From an uncultured Acidobacteriota bacterium (lineage in GTDB: Bacteria > Acidobacteriota > UBA6911), in assembly GCA_963827655.1 (NCBI GenBank), contig CAWHCF010000022.1, positions 32,001-96,000 of the forward strand: a stretch of 64,000 nucleotides of DNA. The letters run 5' to 3'. Below the pieces are notes generated by a model that worked only from the letters and a program-made list of their open reading frames with translations, did not search any database and was not told the DNA's origin. The stretch's first letter is position 1, and each line of letters starts with the position of its first letter. Positions 42,839-52,892 of this stretch are shown piece after piece. The position numbers and the translations under genes were made by a program.

Positions 42839-44800
42839 TGAGCGAGAATCCGCAGGACCGCAGTTCCTCTCCAGATGTGAAATCCGCCGCCGAGAAGATC
42901 CGGCGCATGATCCGGCCCGAGGCGCTCAAGAAAAATGAGCCGCTGTTCTGGGCGCCGGGACTGGGCACCGAAGTGTGGGAGATGTTCTGTGCCGCGATCG
43001 CGGGAGACCTGGAAACCACGAAGCGGCTGCTCGACAAGGATCCGTCGCTCGTGCGCTCCGCATACGAATACCGCACGCCTCTGTCCTTCGCCGTCCGGGA
43101 GAATCAGGTCGAGGTCGCCGCGTTCTTGCTGAAGCGCGGCGCCGACCCGGTAAACTCGGGGACCCCGGACACGCTGCTCCAGATCGCTCGCGACCGGGAA
43201 TATGACGGGATGCAGAAGCTGCTGGAAGCCGCGCTCGCCGGCGCGAATGAAGCGGCGCCCAGAGGCGCAGCCATCGCAGCGGCGATCCGGGAGCGCGACC
43301 TGGCAAAAGTGCGAAGCATGCTCGACGCCTCGCCAGGAGGTCGTGCATGCCGTCGATGAGCGGACGAATCAGCCGATTCACTGGGCTGTGATGACGCGCC
43401 AGCCCGACATGATCGACGAGTTGCTGGCGCGCGGCGCGGACATCAACGCGCGGCGCTCCGACGGCGCGCGTCCGATCCAGCTCACCAATGGCGACTACAT
43501 GTATCGCGGCTGGCGCGACGTGCCCAAAGACACCGCGACCACGCCTCGAGAGGTGCTCGCGCACCTCCGTGCCCGCGGCGCGTACTGCGACATCTGCACG
43601 GCGGCGTACATAGGGGATCTCGAACGCGTGCGAGAGCTGCTCGATGAGGACCCAGCGCTGGCCAATCGACCGTCGGACTACGTCACCTATTACGCGTGCT
43701 CCGGGACGCCGCTGCGCAATGCGGCTGCAGGCGGACACATCGAGATCGTGAAGCTGTTGCTGGACCGTCACGCCGATCCGAATCTCCCCGAGGAGGGGAT
43801 CGCGCCGCGCGGCCACGCGCTCTATTCCGCCGTATATAACGGCCATCACGAGATCGCCAGGCTGCTGCTGGAAAACGGCGCGTACCCGAACGCGGAGGTG
43901 GAAAGCTCCGCCGACGCGCTGAGCATTGCCATCATGAATTCCGACCAGCGGATGATCGATCTGCTCTGCTCTTACGGCGCCGCACGCCCGGTGCATCTCC
44001 TGGCTCACTACGGCGATATCCGCACCGCCGCCGCCGTTTTCGCAGCCAACCCGGCACTGGCCGACGACCCGGACGCTCTGGGCAGCGCGGCCGGACACGA
44101 GGGCTTCGTTCGCTTGATGCTGCGCTACCAGCCTGACTTGCCCCGACGCGTCGCCGTGGCCGCCAAGACGCCCGCATTGACCGAGCTCCTGTTCGAGCAC
44201 GGCATGAATCCAAGCCTGCCGGACTGGCTGCGGGTCACGCCGCTGCACCGCTTCGCAGAAAAAGGGCACATCGAGAATGCCGCCCTCTTCATCGACCATG
44301 GAGCCGACCTGCATGCGCGCGATGAGGAATTCCGCTCGACGCCGCTGGGGTATGCGGCCAAGTACGGCAAGACCCTCATGGTTGAATTTCTCCTGAGACG
44401 CGGCGCCAAGCCGCGCCTGCCGGACGATCCACCCTGGGCCACTCCGCTGGCCTGGGCGATCCGGCGCGGGCATGACAGAATTGCGCAAACGCTGAAACAG
44501 TACGAGGAAGAGGGAGCATTGCGCGCGCGGCCGCTGGAGCAGTATGAGTCCTTGGCAAAGGACCTCATCGAAGCCTACGGCTCGGGCGATGCCGTGTCGT
44601 TGCGCCGGCTCGAAGAGCACTTCCAGCCCGAGCGCGCGTTAACCTGGGAGCAACTGCGCCGGAATACGCGCCAGCGGTTAGGCAAGCCGGCCGATTCAGA
44701 GAATGGAAGCGACACCCTGGCTCTGGCCGAAGCTCAGCTCCTGATCGCCCGCTCGCACGGCTTCGAGAGCTGGCCCGAGCTGGCGAAAGACGGAGGATGA
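42838..44800 (+). CDS. Ankyrin repeat protein (frameshift near 43335)
   Basis: Many TPL..A repeats (TPLSFAV, TPLRNAA, TPLHRFA, TPLGYAA, TPLAWA); C-terminal AQLLIARSHGFESW motif. Confidence 0.88.
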
Positions 44801-44807
44801 TCAGCGC

Positions 44808-47800
44808 ATGGCGAGGCGCAATCGCGAAATCCGTGAACCCCAGGATCCCCTGTGGTACAAAGACGCGATCATCTACGAGCTTCACGTTCGAGCTTTCTTC
44901 GACTCAAACGGCGATGGCATCGGCGACTTTCAGGGCCTCACGGAAAAGCTCGACTACCTCCGGGATCTCGGGATCACGGCTCTGTGGCTGCTCCCTTTCT
45001 ATCCCTCTCCGCTCAAGGATGACGGCTACGACATTGCCGATTACACCGGCATACACCCCTCTTACGGCGACCTGCGCGACTTCACTACCTTCCTGAAGGA
45101 GGCGCACCGGCGGGGGCTCTATGTGATCACGGAGCTGGTCGTCAACCATACTTCGGATCAGCACCCATGGTTCCAGCGCGCCCGGCGCGCAAAGCCATCG
45201 AGCCGGGCACGCGACTTCTACGTCTGGAGTGAGACCCCGGACCGGTACCGGGAAACCCGGATCATATTCAAGGATTTCGAGTCCTCCAATTGGGCCTGGG
45301 ACCCGGTGGCCCACGCCTACTACTGGCATCGCTTCTACTCGCATCAGCCGGACCTCAACTTCGACAACCCGGAGGTTCACCAGGCCGTTTTCGAAACGCT
45401 CGACTTCTGGCTCGGCCTCGGGGTTGATGGGGTTCGCCTGGACGCCGTGCCCTATCTCTATGAACGCGAGGGGACGAACTGCGAAAATCTTCCGGAGACT
45501 CACGAATTTCTGCGCGCGCTGCGGCACCACGTCGATCAACGCTTTCCCAATCGCATGATCCTGGCCGAAGCCAACCAGTGGCCCGAAGATGCCGTCGCGT
45601 ATTTCGGCGCCGGGGACGAGTGCCACATGGCCTTCTACTTTCCCCTCATGCCGCGGCTCTTCATGGGAATCCGAATGGAAGATCGCTTTCCGATCACCGA
45701 CATTCTCGAGCAGACTCCGTCGATTCCGGAGGTGTGCCAGTGGGCGGTGTTCCTGCGCAACCACGATGAGCTGACTCTCGAAATGGTGACCGACGAGGAG
45801 CGCGACTACATGTACCGCGTCTACGCGCATGACCCGAAGGCCAAGATCAATCTGGGAATCCGCCGCCGGCTGGCGCCTCTCCTCGGCAACGACCGCCGTC
45901 GCATCGAGCTCATGAATTCCCTCCTTATCTCGCTCTCGGGCACGCCCGTGATTTACTACGGGGACGAGATCGGGATGGGAGAAAACATCTACCTGGGCGA
46001 CCGCAATGGAGTCCGGACTCCCATGCAGTGGAGCGCCGACCGGAACGCGGGCTTTTCCCGAGCTAACCCCCAAAAGCTCTACCTTCCCGTCATCATCGAT
46101 CCCGAGTACCACGCCGAGACGATCAACGTGGAAGCGCACCTGAATAATCCTCACTCGCTGCTCTGGTGGATGCGCCGTCTGCTGGCGCTGCGAAAGCGGC
46201 ACAAAGCCCTGGGCCGCGGGACCCTCGAATTGCTTCATCCTGAAAACCGAAAGGTGCTGGCCTTTCTCCGCAGGTATGGTGACGAAACCCTCCTCGTCGT
46301 CGCCAATCTCTCGCGCTTTGTCCAGCACGTGGAACTTGACCTGCCGCTATTCCAGGGCGCCGTCCCGGTCGAGCTCTTCGGGCAAACCGATTTCCCGCGC
46401 CTGTCGAACCATCCGTACTTCTTGAGCCTGGGCCCGCACGGTTTTTACTGGTTCGCCCTGCGACCCGATCCTGCCATCCGCGGCAAGACGGATATCACAG
46501 GCTCCGCGACCGCGCTGCCGTCCCTGGTGGTCGCGGAACACTGGCAGAGTATTCTCGAGCGACCCGCGCGGGCTTCGCTGGAAGAACTTCTCCCCGATTA
46601 TCTGCAGGCGCGGCGCTGGTTCGGAGGCGAGGCGCGCTCCATCAAGTCGGCCCAGATCCAGGCGGCGCTTCCACTGGCGCAACTCGACGCAGGCTGTATC
46701 GCCCTCGTCCGGGTCGAGTTCAGGGAAGGAGAACCGCACATCTATGCGTTGCCGCTGGCCTTTGTCAAGGGAAGCCGGGCGGATCAACTCCGGAGCCGTC
46801 TGCCCCAGGCGATCATCGCCGAACTCAAAGTTCAGGACCAGGGCGAAGAGGGCGTCCTGGTTGATGCCCTGAAGGATCGTGATTTCTGTTTCGCCTTACT
46901 CGATATCATGGCGCGCCGGCGCACCATTCGGGGGGCGGCGGGTCAGCTGGCCGGGATTTCCACTCCGGCGTTTAAGGGTCTCATTCAGGACGGCACCGAA
47001 TCCCTCGAGCCTTCCGCTGACCGGGTCGAACTGAGCAACAACTCAGTCGTCTTCAGCAACCGCTTCATCATGAAATTTTTCCGGCGCCTGGAACCCGGTG
47101 TGAATCCGGACCTGGAGATCGGCCGTTTTCTGACGGACAAAGGCTTTGCCCATACGCCGCCGGTGGTCGGCGCCCTGGAATACCGCGAAAGCAAAGGCGA
47201 ACCGATGACACTGGCAGTCATTCAAAGTTTCATCCCCTACAGCCAGGATGCGTGGCAATTCACGCTTGAGGCTCTGGGCCGGTATTACGAGCGGGTTTTG
47301 GCACGCCAGGACCCGTCTCCCGCGCCCGTGCCGAAGGAGCCGATTCTCGACCTGATTGTCGCCGAGACTCATCCCCTGGCTCAGGAGATGATTGGAACTT
47401 ACCTGGAATTCGCGCGGCTGATCGGCCGGCGCACCGCTGAGCTTCATGTAGCTCTGGCATCCGGGGGTGAAGATCCTGATTTTGCCCCCGAGCCTTTCAC
47501 TGCGCTCTATCAGCGTTCCATGTACCAGTCGATGCGCACGACTGCCGGCCAGGCGCTCGCGCGACTGAGGCAGCGGCTTTCCACGCTACCCGACGGACTG
47601 CGGGCAGAAGCGCAACGAGTATTCAGCCTGAGCGGACAGGTTCTCCAGCGCTATCGGATCGTGCTCGAACGAAAAATCGCAGCCGCAAGGATCCGGTGCC
47701 ACGGGGACTACCACCTCGGCCAGTTGCTTTACACCGGGAAGGACTTCGTGATCATCGACTTCGAGGGGGATCCGGCCCGCCCGATCGGTGAGCGGCGCCT

Positions 47801-48162
47801 GAAGCGCACACCGCTGCGCGACGTGGCCGGCATGCTGCGCTCCTTCGGTTATGCGGCTCACGCCGCATTGCTGGAGTTGCAGGCCCGGGGCCTGGAACAC
47901 CGGAATGTCGGCACCATCGAGTCCTGGGCGCGCTTGTGGCATAACTGCGGTCTCGATCGCTTTTCTCAAAGAATACCTGCGAATTGCCGATACCGGAGCC
48001 CTGCTTCCTTCGCCCCGCGAGGACTTGCTGGCCCTGCTTGAGGTACTGCTTCTCGACAACGCTTTCTACGAGTTAGGTTGGCAACTGAACCACCGCCCCG
48101 AGTGGCTGGCCATTCCTCTTCGCGCAATTATCGAACTGGTCCAAGGGCCATCGAGGGGATGA
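44808..48162 (+). CDS. treS: Trehalose synthase fused to a maltokinase (Pep2/Mak) domain (frameshift near 47945)
   Basis: WYKDAIIYELHV, DGVRLDAVPY, AEANQW, FLRNHDELTLE; kinase part RCHGDYHLGQ, IDFEG. Confidence 0.95.
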
Positions 48163-48166
48163 GCAC

Positions 48167-48212
48167 TTCTTGGTGTTTCTTCGTGTCTTTGTGTCTCGGT
48201 GGTTAGAGCTGG
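48167..48212. repeat. Family A half element
   Basis: TTCTTGGTGTTTCTTCGTGTCTTTGTGTCTCGGTGGTTAGAGCTG between convergent genes. Confidence 0.8.
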
Positions 48213-48223
48213 CTATCAAATTA

Positions 48224-48661
48224 TCATCTTCCCTGCGCCTGATCCCCGCGCAGGGTCAGACATGTGCTGCTGGCCCTCGCGATGAGCCGTCCTCGATCGT
48301 CGGTCACGGAGCATTCCACGAGACCGACAGTTCGCCCACGCGTGACAACGCGCGCTTCGGCCGTCAGGGTTGCGCGCCACACCGGCCGGAGAAAATTGAT
48401 CTTGAGCTCTAGCGTTGTGAAGGACTCATCCTGAGCGAGAGTGCTCGCATAGGCAAGGCCCATCGCGGCGTCGGTCAGGTCGCACAGGACCCCACCGTGG
48501 ATCGTTCCCATCGGGTTTGCGTGACGTTCCGGTTCCGATTCCATCGTGCATGTCACCTCGCCCGGTTCCGCCTTGGTAATCTTGAAACCAATCAGCACCG
48601 CCACCGGCGGTGGAGGCAGTTCGCCCGACATCATGAGCCGGATGCGCTCGAGCATCACCAT
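48224..48661 (-). CDS. PaaI-family thioesterase
   Basis: HANPMGTIHGG...D, TTLELKINFLRP. Confidence 0.92.
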   Translation of the reverse strand: MVMLERIRLMMSGELPPPPVAVLIGFKITKAEPGEVTCTMESEPERHANPMGTIHGGVLCDLTDAAMGLAYASTLAQDESFTTLELKINFLRPVWRATLTAEARVVTRGRTVGLVECSVTDDRGRLIARASSTCLTLRGDQAQGR

Positions 48662-48664
48662 CTC

Positions 48665-50118
48665 TTATTTCCCGCTTCCCCACCGAGGCTCAACCATCTG
48701 GCGGTTCAGGCGCTCCGCCGCAGCGCGCAGTTCGCGCGCCAGGTCGGGTCTTTGCTGCGCAAGGTTCCTGCTTTCGGCAACATCGTCAGCCAGATCGAAA
48801 AGCTCGAACGTAGCCGATCGCCCATCCCTGTCGAATTGTTGCACGAGTTTCCAGTCGCCCCTGCGCAGCGCCATATTCCGGCCATAGCGCCAGAAGAGCA
48901 CTTCGTGGGGCGAGTCCGTCCGTTGCCCGGTGAGGTACGGGAGAAGGTCGACGCCGTCGAGCGCAGCGTGACTCGAAACGTCCCGGCCAACAGCAGCCAT
49001 TACGGTGCCGAAGACGTCGAGAGAAATTACCGGCTTGCGAAAAACCTGGCCCCCGGGCAACCGTCCCTTCCATTGCATCAGAAAAGGAACCCGAATGCCT
49101 CCTTCCCACAGCTGGCCTTTGCCCCCGCGCAAGGGTGTGTTGCTCGAGGTAAGCTCGGCTGTCGGACCCCCATTGTCGCTCAGGAAAAACACGATCGTGT
49201 CCCGGTCCAGTTTCAGCTGGTTCAGTTGTTCCAGAACCGCGCCTACTCCCTCGTCGAGATTAGCGAGCATTGCCGCGAAAACGCGGCGGTGCAAGTTCTC
49301 AATGTGTCCGAACCGCGACATGTATTTCCCGGCCGCTTGCATCGGACTGTGGGGCGCGTTGTAAGCCAGATACAGAAAAAAGGGGTGGGCCTTGTGCCTC
49401 TCGATGAATGCCTTCGCCTCGCGGGTCAGAGCGTCGGTCAGATATTCGGTTTCGATGACCGCTTGCCCGCCGCGCAGGATTGGATTGTCCGCGTCGTAAG
49501 GCGGTTCGTCAGCGGGAAGGTGAGTGGACCAAATGATCTCCCCGTCTACTTTCCTGCCAAGAAACTCAGAGGGTAGCTGGCGGATCCGAAGAAAAGACGT
49601 CGCGCCCCGGTAGGGCGGCGGCAGATAGAAGTGTCCTTCGTGCAGAAAACCGTAAACCTCATCGAAGCCGCGCTTCTGTGGGTGATAGCCCGGCGTTCCC
49701 CCCAGATGCCACTTCCCGATGAGGCCCGTTGCGTAGCCAGCCGCCTTGAGCGCGTCCGCCAGAGTTACTTCGGAGAGCGGCAGCCCGACCTCGGGCTGGA
49801 GATTCTGCCGCCGATCGCATTAAGTTCGTGACCGAAGCGCGTCTGGTAGCGCCCCGTCAACAGCCCTGCGCGCGAGGGGCTGCAAACGGGTGCGGTGACG
49901 TGCCCATCCGTGAACCTGATCCCGTTACTCGCGATGGAATCAATATGGGGAGTCGGGATCTGGCGGTTTCCCTGACAGCCGAGCTCGCCGTACCCTAGAT
50001 CATCGGCGACGATCACAAGAATGTTCGGGCGGGACGCGGCTGCGTGGGCGACCGCTACCAGCCCAAGCGTGAGCGCGCAGTAGCCAAGAAATCTCTTCGC
50101 TGAGGACCGCCGCGTCAC
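48665..50118 (-). CDS. Sulfatase, formylglycine type (frameshift near 49800)
   Basis: [44 protein letters not shown]. Confidence 0.92.
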
Positions 50119-50185
50119 TGGTTAGTTACTCTCCAGCTCTTTTTGAAGAGATCGCGACCGCCAGGAGGAAGGCGCAAGGGAGACT

Positions 50186-51569
50186 CTATCTCGCGCTTTG
50201 AGTTCTACGGTTGCGGTTCGGAATCCAACGCGGTTCCTCCAGCTCGGCATCCCATTTCTTCCATGCAGCTTCAAGCTTCTTCACCTTGCCGGGTTCCTTG
50301 TCGGCGAGATTGTTCTTTTCGCCGATGTCGGCGGCCAGATTGAAGAGCTGGGCTTCGGAGATCTGGGCGGGGCCTTGGCGGGGGAGCACGCCCGGTCCTG
50401 AATCCGGCGCTCTTACCAGCTTCCACTCCCCCATCCGGATGGCCATCTGCTGCCCGAAGCGCCAGTAAATCGCGTCGTGCGGCGCTTCTTTCTTTGAGCC
50501 TTTCAGGTATGGGAGAAGATTTACCCCGTCGAGCTTCCATTCCGGTTGGATCGGAACACCGCCTGCAGCAAGCGCCGTGGGGAGAAAGTCGAGCTGGATA
50601 ACCGGCTGGTCATATACTTTGCCGGCCGGCAGCTCTCCTTTCCACTGCATGATGAACGGCACACGAATGCCACCTTCCCAGGTCTGCGCCTTGTAGCCAC
50701 GCAAGGAACCGTTGCTCGAACCGTTGACCGGTGGGCCCCCGTTGTCGCTGACGAAGAAGATAAGGGTTTGTTCCTCCAGCTTGAGCGTCCTCAGTTTTTC
50801 GAGCACGGCGCCGATAGCCTCGTCCATCGCCCACATCATGGCGGCATAGGTCCGTCGGTTTTCGTCCTTTATCTCCTTGAAGCGGTCCAGATACTTCGGA
50901 GGAGCGTGCATCGGCGTATGCACTGCGTTGAATCCCAGGTAGAGAAACCAGGGGTCTTTCGAGTTGCGGTCGATGAAAGCGAGCGCCTCGCGCCTGAAAG
51001 CGTCGGTAAGATACTCCTGCTCGTCGACCGGCTGGATGCCGCGCAGAATGGGATTGGCCTTGTCGGCCCTGGCGTCGAAATAGGAATGAGCGCCGCCAAG
51101 GAAGCCGAAGTATTCGCTGAAGCCGCGCTTCATCGGATGGAACTCAGGTTCGTATCCCAGGTGCCATTTGCCGACCAGGGCTGTGACGTAGCCCGCCGCC
51201 TTGAGCCGGTCGGCCAGAGTCTTCTCAGTCAAGCGGCAAGCCAAAGTCCTTCTGTACCTGATCAGCCGGGCCGGGATTGAACTCATGCCCGAATCGTTGC
51301 TGGTAGCGTCCCGACATGAGAGCGGCGCGGGTGGGACTGCAATACGGACCGCTGACGTAGCCGCTGCTGCAGCGAACACCGTTTCTTGCCAGCGAGTCAA
51401 TGTTGGGCGTCGGGATATCCTTGGAGCCGTGCACGCCGATATCGCCATAACCCATGTCATCGCCGACGATGAGTAGTATGTTCGGCTTGCGCGCTTCGGC
51501 GGCCCAGCCATGCACCGCCATGGAGAATACAAGACCGACACAAAGCGCCAGGTAGCATCGATTTTTCAT
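50186..51569 (-). CDS. Sulfatase, formylglycine type (frameshift near 51230)
   Basis: PNILLIVGDDMGY, CSPTRAALMSGRY, GKWHLG, SDNGG, EGGIRVP. Confidence 0.92.
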
Positions 51570-51598
51570 GGGCGCCATTGTATCCCACCGGTCGCACA

Positions 51599-51640
51599 GA
51601 TTCTTAGTGTTTCTTCGTGTCTTTGAGTCTTTGTGGTCTT
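51599..51640. repeat. Family A half element overlapping the PAP2 stop codon
   Basis: GATTCTTAGTGTTTCTTCGTGTCTTTGAGTCTTTGTGGT. Confidence 0.85.
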
Positions 51641-52332
51641 TGTTTTGCCGCGCAGTAAAAATGAATGACCAGCATGAGCCAGCAAGATCCAAGGCAGTAA
51701 CCTCCAATCACGTCGCTGGCCCAGTGCGCGCCGAGGTAGATGCGCGACAGGCCGACCAGGCTCAGCAGAGCGCCCAGGATCGTCATCAGAAAAGAACGGA
51801 GGCGTGAGCGTGGCATCAGCACATAGATCAGGTAAAAGAGAAAACCGTAAAGGGCCAGGTAACTCACTACATGACCCGAGGGAAAGCTCATGGTCCGATG
51901 GCTCACATAGATCTCAACGAGCTCCGCGGCCGGACGCGACCGGGCGATAATGAGCTTCAGTATGTTGGTGACCAGCGAGCCAATCCCCGCACTGGCCACC
52001 AGGCAACCTGCCTCCAATTTCAGACGCAGTATCAGCAACACGCAGGCGGCGCCTACCGTCACGATGAATCCGTGGAAACCATAACCCGGCCATGAGACCG
52101 CAATCATCAACCGTCGAACGCCGGGATGGGTAAACTGTTGTACGCGTTGAGTCACCCACAAATCGACGGCGAAGTAGGGGACGTAGGAGGCCGCGACGGC
52201 GAGTGACAGCGCTGACAACAGGAGCAAGAGCAAGAAACCCCAAAGAAGACGCCGGTGCCGGCGCATGATGCGCTCTCGTTCTCGGGCACGAGATGCTTCT
52301 TCAGGTTGTGATAGACCGGGGTCAGCTGTCAT
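51604..52332 (-). CDS. PAP2-family membrane phosphatase
   Basis: K..IARSRP, SFPSGH, SRIYLGAHWASDV. Confidence 0.92.
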   Translation of the reverse strand: MTADPGLSQPEEASRARERERIMRRHRRLLWGFLLLLLLSALSLAVAASYVPYFAVDLWVTQRVQQFTHPGVRRLMIAVSWPGYGFHGFIVTVGAACVLLILRLKLEAGCLVASAGIGSLVTNILKLIIARSRPAAELVEIYVSHRTMSFPSGHVVSYLALYGFLFYLIYVLMPRSRLRSFLMTILGALLSLVGLSRIYLGAHWASDVIGGYCLGSCWLMLVIHFYCAAKQRPQRLKDTKKH

Positions 52333-52428
52333 TTTAGTGTCTTCGTGACTTCGTGGCTAGAGCGGTCTAACCAATACCACGAACCCTCAAAGACACGAAG
52401 AAACACCAGGAATCTTTGCCGAAGAAGC
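52333..52428. repeat. Family A element, reverse orientation
   Basis: Reverse complement aligns with 23493-23590 across both arms and the loop. Confidence 0.85.
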
Positions 52429-52462
52429 TTACCGGGAATCGAGGCAAACGCTAAGATAGTTG

Positions 52463-52492
52463 TTGACAGCGTATTCGCACTCAGAGTAAAAG
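52463..52492 (+). promoter_or_regulatory. Putative sigma70 promoter of the surface-protein operon
   Basis: Perfect TTGACA with a weak TAAAAG -10 about 18 nt later. Confidence 0.35.
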
Positions 52493-52892
52493 GTTGTTAC
52501 CCATGGGCAGGACGAGGCTTTTGAAGCCTTGGTTTAAGACCCACAGCAATTCCCCCAGCCCTGGCAGCCCCCAATTGTTTCCGCGCGAGAAGTTTCCGCG
52601 AGCGAGTGTAACTATGGATTGTGCCTCTGACATGACTCCGAGTTCTGAAAGCGATAGATGTCCGAGTCCTCCTGAGGTTTTCACACGGCGCACTCATTCC
52701 GGAATAGACCCAATGCGATATCTAAGCGCAATTGAACAAAACCAAAGGGACTTGCCGCGACGTCCGCAGCCAAAAGTAAAGGCTGGATGAAGCTACAGGA
52801 TGGAAGATGCCTCAAGCCTTTTCGCCTAGCTTTGCATCAACAGCTGGTTCTCATTCGCCGAAATTTGTCGGAAACCTTTGACGGAGCGAACT

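Noticed and set aside
44808-48162. TreS-maltokinase fusion as a novelty
   Set aside because: This is a well-known architecture.
52500-52890. Long leader with an AAGCTACAGG stretch, possible c-di-GMP riboswitch
   Set aside because: The GGCAAAC/GAAA-tetraloop/GACGCAAAGC core of class I could not be assembled. The same applies to 29225-29350.
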